From Octopus sinensis (lineage: Eukaryota): a DNA stretch of 64,000 nucleotides. A program made the position numbers and the translations under genes. Shown piece after piece: positions 1-13,724 of the stretch. The notes under the pieces are model-generated. The model was not told the origin of the DNA. It worked only from the letters and a program-made list of their open reading frames with translations, and ran no database searches. The stretch is taken from positions 76,632,001 through 76,696,000 of the forward strand of contig NC_043007.1 in the NCBI RefSeq assembly GCF_006345805.1. The letters run 5' to 3'. The stretch's first letter is position 1; every line of letters starts with the position of its first letter.

Positions 1-570
1 AGATCTGTTCAGGGGCTTCATGGCAGATGTCTTCTGCAACTGTCTGCTGAATGAGAGAATTCTCAGTCCTTTAGAAAGAGGTGTGACGGTGCTGTTGAGA
101 AAGAACTTGAACAAGAAAGATGATTTTGACAACTTCAGGCTTGTAACTGTTAAATGCAGAGTTGAAGATTTTTGGCCAAGGTGTTAGCTAAGAGTTGGGT
201 GCTTGTCATTGATACTCTGGTAAGTAAGTCACAGATGTGCCATACCAATCAGATCTCTCCATGACATCCTCTACCTCATGTAATACATCATAAAAAGAGT
301 GGGTAAAGAAGCCGTAATGGGAAGGGGCTCTGATTAATTTAGATCACTCAAAAGCTTTTGATAAGGTCAGCCATCAATACCTGGTGGCTATCCTCAATGT
401 GGATTGTTTGGGACTCATTTTCAGAAGCTGGATTGTTTCAATATACAGTGCCATTTGCTCAGTGGTCAGAGTAAACCGTTGGAACTGTTCAGTATCATGC
501 TTGGTCGATCAAGAGTACCTGCTCTCTTCCTTCTGTATGTAATGACTCTTGGAGCTACTCTTGTAAAAGC
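1..570 (+). mobile_element. L1/Tx1-clade LINE reverse transcriptase remnant (stops and frameshifts)
   Basis: Manual translation gives RGVTVLLRKN..DDFDNFR, KVLAK..V..LV.KSQ and LINLDHSKAFDKVSHQYL, matching L1/Tx1 RT motifs. Confidence 0.75.
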
Positions 571-662
571 TGGTGGCTCTCAGGGGCATCCTTAGACAAT
601 TAGGATGCAAAAAAAATTTGCATATGGACAATGTCACCGTAATAGTGACATTGTATTTTTTA

Positions 663-920
663 TAATATATATATAAATATGTATATATATAATATATATG
701 TATATATATAATATATATATATGTATGTATATAATATATATATATATGTATGTATATAATATATATATGTATGTATGTATGTATATAATATATATATATA
801 TATATATGTATATAATATATATATATATGTATGTATGTATATAATATATATATATATGTATGTATATAATATATATGTATGTATATAATATAAAAATATT
901 TGTGTGTATATATATATATA
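663..920. repeat. Compound (TA)/(TATG) microsatellite
   Basis: Seen directly; source of several spurious I/Y/H/T-rich ORFs. Confidence 0.95.
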
Positions 921-1628
921 TGAGGGTAACTGTGTGAAAAAGTGCCACACCCTAGTGGTTGAGGGAACCTGTGGAAGAGGTAGATGCAGGAAGACTTGGG
1001 ATGAGGTGGTGAAGCACGACCTTCGAACATTAGGCCTCACTGAGGCAATGACTAGTGATCAAGACCTTTGGAAATATGCAGTGTGTGAGAAGACCTGGCA
1101 AGCCAAGTGAGACCATACCCTGTGGCCTATGCGAGGGGTGTAACCAGCTCACTTATGCGTATCTTTCCTTCATTGAACACTAAACTCTGCTTGTGAAGAC
1201 CTGTTGAGGAAATTGAAATTGAATCAAATTCCATAACTGGCACCCGTGCCAGTGGAGTGCTAAGAGCACCATCCGAGTGTGATCGTTGCCAGAGCAGCTG
1301 ACTAGCTTTCCTGCCGGTGGCACGTGAAAAAGCATTCAAGCGAGGTTGTTGCCAGTGCCTCTGGACTGGCTCCTGTGCAGGTGGAACATAAAAAACACCA
1401 TTTGAACCTGGCTGTTGCAAGTACCACCTGATTGGCCCTCCTGCCAGTGGCACATAAAAGCACCCACTACACTCTCAGAGTGATAGGCATTAGGAAGGGC
1501 ATCCAGCTGTAGAAACTCTGCCAGATCAGATTGGAGCCTAATGCAGCCATTTATTTCGCCAGCCCTTAGTCAAATCATTCAACCTATGCTAGCATGGAAA
1601 GCAGACATTAAACGATGATGATGATGAT
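921..1628 (+). mobile_element. RTE-clade LINE 3' end: ORF2 C-terminus, 3' region and (GAT)n tail
   Basis: ORF EGTCGRGRCRKTWDEVVKHDLR..DLWKYAV (RGRPRKTW-type RTE C-terminus), then ggcacataaaagcacccactacactc..ttaggaagggcatccagc..gcatggaaagcagacattaaacgatgatgatgat. Confidence 0.75.
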
Positions 1629-2439
1629 ATATGTATGTATATAATATGTATATATGTATGTACGTAATATATATATATTGCATTTTACTGAGAAAAAGGC
1701 AGAGTTCATAACGTTCTCTGAGCAGAGATGAAAGAAGTTAAGTGCTTATTGTAGAAGTTATTGATTACTGAAAACACATAGTTTGATTGAAAAGTTGAAA
1801 ATTCTACAGCTTTGCAATTGAAAGGTCTTAACAGAGACACTATTTCTTTGCTCTACTTACTTAGCCAGCCAAACTTTACAGTTGAATAGTTAATTTTAGT
1901 GAGGGCATCCAACTAGAAAATACTTTCTCCGGTGATAGATTCACACGACCAAATTTCAGAATCTCCCAAACAACGTAAAAAATCAAAAAAAAAAAAAGAA
2001 TCCACACAACACATCTAAAAATGTTTGATTTTACAAGTGATACTTTTCCTCTTGATAGATTTCCTAGTTTCCCAAATTTTGGAATTGGTATTAATGAATC
2101 TTTTTTTTTTATTCTATCCCAACCATATCTATCATATGTATTGATTATTTTCCATCTTCCCATGTTAACATGGGGTGTGCTTACTGCTTCGATTTTGAAA
2201 TAGCTTTTGTTTTCTTTGTGGGTATTTCTTCTAAACTGCATAGTAAATCTGAAATTTGTATTTAAAAAACAATTATATCTAGTATTTTCTGTAAAAATGC
2301 TTTATAGCTATGGTGTAATGTTCAACTTCAGCAAATAAGATGGTACTTACAAAAACTATATCAAGTTTTAGTAGCTTATGTTAATTAGCAGAGGTTGAAC
2401 TCTGTTTAATGGCATTTACTAGACAAATTGATCAGATGA

Positions 2440-2848
2440 CTGCTTATCAACATGTGGTGAAGAACATAGGAGAGATGGTCTCTCCTTGTTTGACACACTT
2501 GCCTATTGGAACTCTTATTGATGGCAATAGCTGAGCCATATCAGTTGTACATCCAGAGTTCACATCTTTGAGTGGTTTGATGTGTTGCATTTCCAGAGAT
2601 ATCAGCATGTTCATTTTGATGCTATCAAAGGCGTTTTTGTAGTCAATGAAAGTGATCCACAGAGGCAGATTTTATTCATATGGTGGGTCTACAAGCTGTA
2701 TTAGAGTGAATGCATAATCCATTGTACTGTAGCTCTTAGGGAAACCTTCTTGCACACTCAGTTGTTAATCATCAAGGTGTTTCGATAGTCTGGTGATTAT
2801 GGCTTTTGTAAACATTTTATGGAGGTGAGATGAGCCATGTAGCTATAT
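2440..2848 (-). mobile_element. RTE-clade RT domain remnant
   Basis: Minus translation KMFTKAI..RLSKHLDD..QEGFPKSYSTMDYAFTL..LPLWITFIDYKNAFDSI..VKQGETISPMFF; contains stops. Confidence 0.75.
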
Positions 2849-2986
2849 ACGCATATAGTGGGTTTCTTTCAGTTTCTGTTTCCCAAGTCTACTTAGAAGG
2901 CTTTGGTTGGCCTGGGGCTATAGAAGACTGAACCTGAAACCTTATATGTAGTTGCCTAAAAGTGCTTTTGTCATGGTAGTGTTCAT

Positions 2987-2990
<4 letters not shown>

Positions 2991-3025
<35 letters not shown>

Positions 3026-3233
3026 TATATATATATATATATAATGTGTGTGTGTATGTATGTATATATATATAATATATATATATATAATGTGTGTGTG
3101 TATGTATGTATATATATATATATATATGTGTGTGTGTATGTATGTATATATATATTATATAATGTGTGTGTGTATGTATATATATATATTATATATATAT
3201 ATATGTGTGTGTGTATGTATATATATATATATA
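2991..3233. repeat. Compound (TA)/(TG)/(TATG) microsatellite
   Basis: Seen directly. Confidence 0.95.
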
Positions 3234-4577
3234 ACACTATGTTGTCCACTTATTAGTTGTATTGTGGCTGATGTCCAGTAAATCTAACATTAGACATTCT
3301 GAAAATGATGTATTTATGCTTTAATTATCTGTTAAACTGGTCACATGACATCTTTTGAAGAAAGTTAATTGATTCTCCTTGGCTAGCATATGAATTCAAA
3401 GCTGCAGAGAATGTAGAATGCAGTGTGCAAGTAACTTCCTCTATTGTAAACATGACTCTATAAAGCTAGTCAATAAAGGAATGAAAGAAAAAAATCAATC
3501 TGCACTTTCTTTTAAAATATTGTAATTATCTTGTAAACTAAATAGTCTAAGGAATAATCCATTGCTAAATCCATTGGTTTGAATACTCAAGAATCTGGTC
3601 ACCATGGTATTAGCAGCACACAGTAGTGAAGGAATGTACAGTGTTTTCTAACACTGAGAAAGTTTATCCTTGAAATTGTTTAAATTAAGTTCAAATATTA
3701 AAACTTGTTGCCTCTGTATAAACCCATTGATAGTTATCATAACACTACACATAGTTGCTTATCACTTCAGCTTGGCTCACCATGAAGAGCAATTATTTAT
3801 AATTTCATTATAAGGCCACACAGTTTCAAGAAGAGTTTAATTTAGATCATCATTCTCATCCACCCCTACCATTTGACTAGCACTTATTCATTGATTGATC
3901 CAGGAAAGATGAAAGGAGAAGTCAACCGTGGCTGTATTTGAATCTTTATGCATGACATTATTTGGCAGTTCACCAACTTCTTGTTTTCTATAGTTTTCCG
4001 GATGTTTAAATTATCTTTAATTCTGTGATTCATCAATGATATTCTTTTGGTAGATTCAATACTAATTTTTTCTGAGGATAAAGGATATCAATGTTATTGA
4101 TCTCTCTTGTCCTCTTCCTGTAAACTGTATCATTATTACTAGCTTGTCACTCTGTTCCACTCTTTTCCTAATCCTTCTACCCTCTCCAGTTCATGCATCA
4201 TTGGTCACTTTAATCTCTTCATCTGTTCCACTTTTGTGTTGGTATGTGCAAAAACTTTGACAGGCTACTTGATTTTCATTATTTCTTGAAATGATCATTG
4301 GTTTTAATTCGGCACTATTAGTCGTACATGCTAGTACAACTTCAAAACTTTAACTTTTTACTTCCTGTTGTTTTAACTAGTATTTATTACACTTTCACAT
4401 AAAATTTCATAGGTTTTCATCCATATTTACTATGTTACTTAAAGCATAGTTGCATTCCTTGTGTTGGTGTATTAATGTATTACTTTTTTTGCTGTTTGAG
4501 ATCTGCCTGTATTTTCATAAAGTTTCCATTTTTTAAGCACCAGATTATTCCATTTCATGAATCTAATACATACATCA

Positions 4578-4874
4578 TCATTGTTTGACCGTGGTTGAGA
4601 CAATGGAATTTACTATGTTACACCAGACTTCACAGTCCATCATAGCATTATGGAGGTCCTGTTGCTGGATGCCTGTATCCCTAGAGAATACATCAGGGTA
4701 GGAGAGTGTGCCCCCTCTGGTATCGCGAGCAGATGGCTTCCAGAGGAGAAGAGTAGAAATTACCTCATTTTTAGCTCTACAACAATGTCCAGCATACTGG
4801 ACTCTTCTACCTTTCACAAGAGATGATACAGGTGGTAATTTCCCATATATACTTTGATTGGATGACGCTTCCAC
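4578..4874 (-). mobile_element. RTE-type LINE ORF2 C-terminal remnant
   Basis: IYGKLPPVSSLVKGRRVQYAGHCCRAKNEVISTLLLWKP..TLSYPDVFSRDTG..DLHNAMMDCEVW is typical of RTE ORF2 ends. Confidence 0.7.
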
Positions 4875-5334
4875 GAGATATTTTGAGCTCTCATAAGGAG
4901 GTGAGTGTAAGTTCTAGGATGTGGTAGCCTTGAATTTTTTGTTGGTATTTGGATTAGATTTAGTCAGCTGAAGTACAAAATGTCTACATTAATGTCACTA
5001 CATAACTGTTTTGACATTGTTCACACAACATATCTCTGTGATTTTCAAATTGCAGTCAATACTTTGTGCTTCATGGTCTTTAAAGTATCTTCATTTAGTA
5101 TCTGGTCTTGGATAATCTTTTCTGTCACATCATATTGTCTTACAGCCTTATGTTGCTTCCCAAAATTTACTGCTTACCCTAGAGAATGATTGTATTAAAT
5201 AAGGATTTGCCCCTTTCTGAGTAGCTATCATTAAACAAGATTAGATATGAATCTTCTGACAGGCAAGCCTAACATCTACTGATTAGCATGATATACTGCT
5301 ATTTACTAACAATATGTGGCTAGTATGTTAAAGT

Positions 5335-5556
5335 ACCTATTTCTTTACTACCCACAAGGGGCTAAACACAGAGAGGATAAACAAGGACAGACAAACGGAT
5401 TAAGTCGATTATATCGACCCCAGTGCGTAACTGGTACTTATTTAATCGACCCCGAAAGGATGAAAGGCAAGTCGACCTCGGCGGAATTTGAACTCAGATC
5501 ATAGCAGCAGATGAAATACTGCTAAGCATTTCACCCGGCATGCTAACCTCACCGCC
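5335..5556 (-). mobile_element. SINE family A, young copy
   Basis: Reverse complement starts ggcggtgag, has gagttcaaattccgccgaggtcgacttgcctttcatcctttcggggtcgattaaataagtacc; CpGs intact; the same core recurs many times in the window. Confidence 0.8.
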
Positions 5557-7177
5557 TTCTTATGTTAAAGTACCATCACCATCCTATACAGCTATTGTCA
5601 TATACATCTTTTTTCTTGAATACAAATGGTAGAGCACTCTGGTGAAGTGGTGTGAGGAAAACTCACCCATGGTTAGCAGTTGTTTTGTTTCTAGTATTTC
5701 TACTTGGCTTTTGCATATGGTAACGTGATTAGATTTCTTTCTTGATAAATATTCAGTTTATTGTTGTGCTATCATACTGTATATTATACAAGATAAGAGT
5801 ACTTATATTGCACTACACTATTTTATTTTATTAATGTGATCAAGTTATTTCAGTAAAAAATATTTGTCAGTATTTCTACATAGGCTGGGGTTAACCCATT
5901 GTCAGCCATCACCCAGGACAACATAGGATTTAAGGTTTATATTTTATACCAAGAGAGTATAAGGCAATCCTCTATTTTAGGAGGATATTCTAGAGTCAAA
6001 AGATCACCTCATACACAGACTTAATGCAGTATTCAAATTTGTGGACTTTGTTAATTGATTTGGCAATGCAGTTCCTTGGGCATTGTTTCTTTTTTTTTCT
6101 TTTTCTCTTAAGTATGAGCCAATTCAGAAGAGCAGAGTGATGTAGTAGCTGAGAGATATAGAACGATTGATCATTTGATCAATCTGGACAGTGGGCCAGA
6201 AGTTTCAGCAAATGAAAGTTTTCCTATCAAATTGAGGGTTTCTTTTTTTTTTTTTGTTGCTTGGATATTATTAATGTTCATATTACTTTACTATGGAAAC
6301 AGACACTGAGATTTGACTACCCTACAATGTCAGATCATTAATTCAAATGGCTCTGTTCTCATAGATCCACTGCAACTAATAGCCAAGAATAACCATTTTA
6401 GGAATAGTATTTCACTGATTATCAATCTTAAACAGTATTATTCTTTCCTTGTATAGTATCATCATTAACCATTTTAATCTCGGAGTCTCTCAATGTGTAA
6501 TTTTGATTCCAAGCTCATTTCTCAGACCCTAAGAATTTAGAATGTACATGATGCATGTAAATACACTCATGACATACACACATATAATAAACCCATATGT
6601 TTTCTCATCTTGCCCTTGTCTCACTTAGTATACACATGCAACACTCACACATGCATATATGCATGTGTGAGTAGTGTGTATAATTTCTCTTTGTTTATGT
6701 CCTTTTATTTCATATCAGAATTTTGCAAGAGAAATCATATGACTGGTTTCTGTTTCATAACAGCCTTTTGCAGTATAGTTATCTGAAAAGGTTACTTTAG
6801 TCTGTACTAATTAGTCCACTAGAAATTGTACCCTCTGAATAAGAAAAAGTCTAACAATAGTTAGAGGCTGCAAAATATGATTGTTAAACACGTGAGTCAT
6901 CTCTATGGGTAATCAGTATTTCTTTTGTGTTTTTTTTTTTTATTTCTTTACCTATCTCTTTTTTTTTCCACACTCCTTTGGATAAGTTATTTTTGTTGTA
7001 ACGCCAAACATTTTCAATGTTTTCGTCATGTTTGTAAGAATGAAAATATTCTAATTAGCCATTGAATTTTATATAGTTTTAAAATAGTGTTCCAGCTCAA
7101 AGGCTGTTGCTATACTGGAGTACCATTGTTATTGAGTTTGTTTTTTTTTTTCTCCTGTTATTAGGTTTAAATGTGAA

Positions 7178-7465
7178 GGCATGTGGCCTAGTGGTTAGGT
7201 ATGTTGTGCTCACGATCATGGTCATGGTTTCGATTCTCGGACTGGCTGTGTTTTGTTCTTGAACAAAACACTTCATTTCATGTTGCTCTAGTCCACTCGG
7301 CTGTAATTGGGTAACCCTGTAATGGAATAGCCTTCCGATCAGGAGGAATGTTGACCTGCTCGCCAAGCCAGTGGGGTGGCATCATTCAAAAACTAAAACA
7401 GTGCAAAGCATATTGTGACCAGCGATGTATAACAATATCTCATATTCTGGTTGGTCATGTGATTA
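7178..7465 (+). mobile_element. tRNA-derived SINE (family B-related)
   Basis: A box tggcctagtggttagg, B box ggtttcgattc, then ttgaacaaaacacttcatttcatgttgctctagtccactc; similar to 34790-34990. Confidence 0.7.
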
Positions 7466-10065
7466 GGATTAAATGCTTATCTGTATTGTTGGAGTAGACA
7501 GATACAACCATCAATAACAAGAAAAGTAGTTATGATAGATTGATAAATAGATAGCTAGGTTTACAGATATATCAATGGATATACAGATAGATTAAGATAT
7601 ACAAACTGACAGACAGATAGTTGAATTGAATTGAAATGAAATGATTTTGATTTGGAAATTACTGGGATTAAGCCTTGTTTCTAATCAGTTCTGGTCATTG
7701 CAGTCTCAATAGGAATATTGGGTAATGGTGTTGGACAGTAAACAATGTATTTTTTTTTTATATTGCTCTTCACTTAACACATGGCTTTAATGCAATTATC
7801 GTCAGCTCAATTGAAACCTATATTTGATTATAAAATATGGACAATGATATATTAAAGTAAACCTAAATCTCTCGGTCTTTCTCTTAAAAAGAGAAAGACT
7901 GAGAAGGTTTTAGGGTAAGGCATTTTTATAGTTTTTCAAATAGCTTTATTATGATTTGCTAAAACTTTGGCAAAGTACAGTAGCAGAATATTATAGATAA
8001 TGGCTTTGATTCTGTTTAATAGTTGAGATTGTTTACTTTTTAATGTAAAGTATAAAAATAATACATAGCAACTCACAAAGTAGAAGGCATAAGACTATAG
8101 CTTTCAGAGATGTTTCTTGAGATTGTACATTCAATACTACCCATGTGGACTTTTCTATCATCTCAAGAATCAAATGCTTCATAAAATTATACAGTTCTAT
8201 CTTACAATTTTCAAAATAACCATGGAATTTCCATGGGTACTGCTAGTTCAGTATGATTTTGCTGGTGAGTCTTTTCAGATGCAGTTTAACTAGCTTTTAG
8301 CTCTACGGTTTATTACCGTATTGTAAGTTACATTAAATGCTGTTAGATAGTATAAATCAGTCTTTTTACTCTCTAATTATAAGTGAAATTTCTCTTTATT
8401 TATTTATTTTTTTCATGTATTATGCCATGTTCTAATCTATTAAAATAAATATCATTCACCAAATTCAGTAATATCAACATCCTAGTTTTCTATGCACACT
8501 TTTTTTATATTTCTTCTTCCAATGCATATCTGATACTTAGTTTCAACCATAATGATGCTTCTGTCATTATTTTTCTCTTCCTCTTGTGAATACTTATGTA
8601 AAAGTTGTTAATATTCTCTATCAGCAAAGTGTTGTCTTTCCTTTTGACCTTACTTAACCCTATCCTTATTTTACCACCCAACCCTTCATGTTTTCTCTTC
8701 AAATTCTCTTCATTTCTGTTAGCCATTACATTTTGAAGCACTTCATTAAAAACTCTATACAGTCTATCATTATTAATATTTAATAACAAGCATTCTTAAA
8801 ATTGCTTTTAAGTGCTATTTCTTTTATATCATTCTTGCTCTCTCTTTTGGTTTTTCTATATTTTCTTTTTCCCCTCTCCATTTTCTTCTTATTAGAATTT
8901 TTAAGTTGTAATTTTTTTCTCAATATTTTTACTTATATAAGAAATAAAAAAGAAATTTTCTCAACATTTTCATATCACTTAGGACTTTTGTTAAATAATA
9001 AGATGGAAAACTAATAAAAACTAAAAATTGTGTGAATACTAAAAGCTGAGTGGTATATTGTCATCGAATTGGTATCGCTTCTTTTGAAGAATTTATCTCT
9101 TATTTGTGTCTGAAGATGTTGCATTATACACAAATCTGGTGCAAGAAACAGATACTTTGCAGAATTATATAAAAAAAAACCCAGCAACAACAAAAGAAAA
9201 CTCAAAAAGACAGCATTTCTGTTTTCTTGAACTGTTAATTATAACGAACAGCAATAGAAGAGATGAAAATATAAGACATTGCTATTAAATGTGACAATAA
9301 ATAGTATCAGCATTAACAATAGCATCAATAATCATCAGATTATTGCATTTTTTCTATTCTCTCTGGCTGCAATGTACTTTGTACACCCTTTTCTCTTATT
9401 CTAATCTTAGATTGATCATTGATGCAATTTCCATGCTAAAACTCTATTCTTTTTTGGCGTTTATTTTCAGAATATATTTCTGGAAAAATAAGTTGATTAG
9501 AATCAGTTGTTATAGAAACCATTATTTGAGATAAATGTAAAAATTTTTGTTGTTTTATCTAAAGTACATTTAGACTCAGTGAAATAGTCAGTACTTTAAG
9601 TTCTGCTTTTGTATTTGTTTTTATAAATTCCATCTTTTGAATTGAAAGACACCACTGCTTCTTATTGCAGTGCCATGGAGGTTATTAAATTTATAATATA
9701 GATTTAAGGCCTGATTTTTAAAAATATTTCTATTGATTTACTAAATTTACATGAGAATGCAATCTCTATCACCACCTTTATCTTAACAGGCAAACAGATA
9801 TTTTTTTTCATTCATGTATTTCTCTTTGGTGTTTTAAAGTGACTGCTTTGATGCAAATTTTCAAGTGCCATCTTTTCCAGCGAACCTACTTTCAGTCACT
9901 GATTTTATAGGAATATGTTTATGGCAAATAGAAATCAGGAGAAAGTTCCTGTTTAGCTTAACATGTCAGTAGAATGAACATTTTGAGCATGTGTGCATAC
10001 TGAAAAGAGCAATAATATCATTAATTTTGTTTGTAAACTAGATTAGCTCTTTATTATTATTATTG

Positions 10066-10410
10066 CTGCGGCAAGCTGGCAGAATTGTTAGCATGCTTAG
10101 TGCCATTTAGTTCAAATTCAGCTGAGGTTGACTTTACCTTTCATCTTTTTAGGGTTGATGAAATTAATACCAGTTGAGCACTAGGGTGATGTAATCAATA
10201 ACCCCCTCCCCTAAAATTTCAGGCCTTGTGCCTAAAGTAGAAAGGATTATTATTATTAGTCAATTCCCAGAGTTGTTAGTGTTTGATAAAATGCCATGTA
10301 GCTCTTTATGTTATGGGGTTGATAAAATAAAATACCAGTTAAGTACTGGGGCTGGTTTCATTGATTAACCCCCTCCTAAATTTTTTACCTTTAATGCTTT
10401 TCAGTAGATG
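10066..10410 (+). mobile_element. SINE family A, two decayed tandem copies
   Basis: gcggcaagctggcagaattgttagc..cctttcatctttttagggttgatgaaattaataccagttgagcact..(TTA)n, followed by a second partial copy. Confidence 0.65.
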
Positions 10411-12000
10411 TATTATAATTTTACTACACTATCAAGCCCTATTTGCCCTTTTTGATATGCCGTTTCAATTTTGTATTTCATATTTTATTGAAAGTACTCT
10501 ACATAATATATGTACTGTGTTTCTGCATGTACATATTTATAGGTTTGAGGGGTTGGTAATTCTAGACCCCTAACCCACTGCACATATGACCAAACCTTAT
10601 TATAGGCATTGTGACGTTTCTTTAGGTTTGATAAATTATTATCATAACTGAAAAATAATTATCAATCTCGTTTATAAAAAGATGATTTTGCTGTAGCATA
10701 AATAACTTTTAGATGTTTTTGAATTTAATTCTTTTTTCTCATTTTTAATCAACATGCTAGCATGGAAAGTGGACGTTAGACGATGATGATGATTTTCAAA
10801 AGGCATTTTTTTTCTTGAATTTTTTTCTTCTATTAAATCTATTTTTAATTGTGTTGAAATATGAAGTCCACTGTTGGTAAAATAAAGTTCTGTTCAAGTA
10901 CTGGGTTGATTTATATCCTTATAATGCATCCAAGATGGAAATGGAATTAAAATAAAACAAGGAAAATATGTTTGTTTTGGTTGATTGGTTGATCTATTGA
11001 GCATGTAGTGTTCTTTATTCTCTCTTGTCATTGTTAAGAACAAAAGGACTGGCATATAACAAGCAGATCTGGACTGACTATAGTTTCTGAGCTCAAAATC
11101 CCATCAAGTCAAGACTAACAGTTTTAATTTTCATCCTAATGGATCGATAAACCTAATAATAGTTCATTTGCCTTCAGACAACTTTTTAAAATGATGCTAA
11201 AAGAGGAAGTACTTATTGCTTACATTAACATACAATGGTCAAATGAAAAAAAAAAAAAAAAAATCAGTTTTGTAGTTTTTTGTGAGTTCAAATCCCAGTG
11301 AAGGTGTTATTACATTTAATGAAGATTCAAATCTGTTTCTCAAAGATTTCATAATCAATCTCTCTTACACAATCTTTATGACTCAAATCACTACTACTCC
11401 CATTATATTTTGTTTTTCTAGTTGTATGTTCAATCTGGAATGTAGTTGGCCATTTTCCTTTATTTTTGTTCTTATTGTGTATAATGGTAGCTGTTGACTA
11501 GGTATTTTAACAGCTTTCTGTATCAATAATATATACATTTTCTTCCCTAATTAATGTTTAATGACTGGTAGTAAAGTTATACAAAATATCTGTTGTTGCA
11601 TGCTAATGCTAAGTGCAAATTTATTGGCAAAAATTATCAATTTAGGTGTTTATTTATTTATTTACTTTTTAACCTGTCATTGATGTTTGAACTCTCTTGA
11701 AAGATCAAAACCTGATTATTTATGCTGCTTTGAACTGTTTTTTTTTTTTGTGATAGAAAAAATGTTGGCACAGTTGCAACATCCATGCCTCTCACTGTAA
11801 ATTACGAACTTTCAGTTTTGTGTATCATTTTACAGTTTTGAAAGATATATGGTGGAACTGATAAAGAATTGAGCTCACATGTTACCTCAGAAATTGTTAG
11901 TTTGTATTTGCTGCAGGTATTTTGTTTGTGGATTGGTTCAACATGCTTCCATTCATCCATAATTTCTGAGAAAGTTTAAGCTCACCAGCATTTCTTCTAG

Positions 12001-12405
12001 CTCTCATTTACTCATTTACTTGTTTCAGTCATTTGACTGCGGCCATGCTGGAGCACCGCCTTTAGTCGAGCAAATCGACCCGGGACTTATTCTTTGTAAG
12101 CCCAGTACTTATTCTATCGGTCTCTTTTGCCGAACTGCTGAGTAACGGGGACGTAAACACACCAGCATCGGTTGTCAAGCAATGCTAGGGGGACAAACAC
12201 AGACACACAAACATATACACACACACATATATATATGTACATATATACGACAGGCTTCTTTCAATTTCCGTCTACCAAATCCACTCACAAGGCATTGGTT
12301 GGCCCGGGGCTATAGCAGAAGACACTTGCCCAAGATGCCACGCAGTGGGACTGAACCCGGAACCATGTGGTTGGTTAGCAAGCTACTTACCACACAGCCA
12401 CTCCT
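12001..12405 (-). mobile_element. SINE family C, near full length, with internal CA/TA microsatellite
   Basis: Reverse complement: tRNA-like head ending ggttccgggttcagtccc, CORE-like ttgggcaagtgtctt, internal (TG)/(TA) run, tail cagtcaaatgactgaaacaagtaaatgag; CpGs retained. Confidence 0.8.
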
Positions 12406-13289
12406 CTTTGTGTTCTTAGTTCAAATCCCACAGAGATCAAATTTGCCTTTCCTTTTTTGGGGTTTAATTAGTGAGTACTGGTTGAGCACTGGGATTATAT
12501 AATTGATTTCCCCCTCTCCTCAAAATTGCTGGTATTGTGCTAAAATTAGAAAGGATAATTTCTGGGGAAGTTAGCTAATCTAGTTTTCTTTCCACAAAGA
12601 GAGACTAAACATGCATGTGTGTACATCTTTTATAATACACAAAACACTCACATACATTTTTACATGTTTTTCTATCCTGCACAGTGTGTTGCTTCATGTT
12701 GCAATCAGTTATCTTCATCATGAGGTTCAAGTATCCTAAGATAAACTTCATCACTTCTTACATCTTTCTCAGTCTTCTTCTGTTGCAGGCATCTTCCTCA
12801 TTGATTGTTTGAGACTTTTCACTCATTAGTTGTCTTCCATATGCATCCATGAATTATTGTAAATTAAAGAGAGAAATCTCTTGCCTCTGTAGGTAATGGC
12901 TCTCTGAACTTTTTCCCCACGCTTCATGCCTTTCTAACTTTGTTTACTATTCATTTTCAGTACTCACCCTCAAAACTAATTTTGTCAGATGTTATCTATT
13001 TCTGGTCACCATTCTGTACAAGCTGGACAATAGCAAATCTTGTCATCAGTCAAAAAGTTGCATTCTATTACTACTAAGTACTCCTGAACATCTGTTACTT
13101 TTATAGTTCTTCATCTGAAGTATATATTCTGACACCTCTTCACCATCTTCTCTCCCTTTCCAACTGAGACAGCCATGTATCTCCTCTACAAGAAGACATC
13201 ATTTTCTGTCACTCGATTGTCGTGTAACCTTTCATCACCTGACATGAAACCATCTCCTGCAATTCACACCTCATCCCCTTGTTTGAAGA

Positions 13290-13512
13290 GTCTTGTCTTG
13301 TGAGTTAATTGATGACTTATTAGTGTTGGTGCCACATGAAAAAAAAAAAAACACTTTGGTGCACTTTGTAAAGTGGTTGGCATTAGGAAGGGCATCCAAC
13401 CATAGAAACTATGCTAAAGCAAACATAGGAACTTGATGCAATCCTTGACTATTGGCTCTTGTTGGACCATCCAACCATGCCAGCATGGAAAACGGACATT
13501 TAATGATGATAA
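13290..13512 (+). mobile_element. RTE 3'-region copy, decayed
   Basis: gtggttggcattaggaagggcatccaaccatagaaac..gccagcatggaaaacggacatttaatgatgat. Confidence 0.7.
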
Positions 13513-13724
13513 TGATCTCTCCCAGTGTGTTTGATCTTCAACTGCATCTTTTATACACTGATAATTTCCATTGGGTACAGTGTAGAGTTTCTACACTTTG
13601 TTAAGCATGGCCATTTTCCAGATGTCAGTATGGTACCGTAACTCTTTCTTGTTAACAAATGCTTGTTTTTGCTAAGTTGTTCTTTAGCTCTCAATTCTAG
13701 GCTCTGCTACCATGTTTGGAATTT

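Noticed and set aside
509-1040. Long I/Y/H/T-rich ORFs (also 2989-3281, 15043-15669, 17700-18220, 55900-56103)
   Set aside because: Translations of TA/CA/TG microsatellites; no coding signal.
1876-2241. 121-aa minus ORF with LIPIPKFGK
   Set aside because: Only one short RT-like motif, no splice context; at most a decayed LINE fragment, not a host gene.
6127-6237. Open stretch EQSDVVAERYRTIDHLINLDSGPEVSANESFPIKLR
   Set aside because: No convincing donor, and the best upstream acceptor gives stops in all phases.
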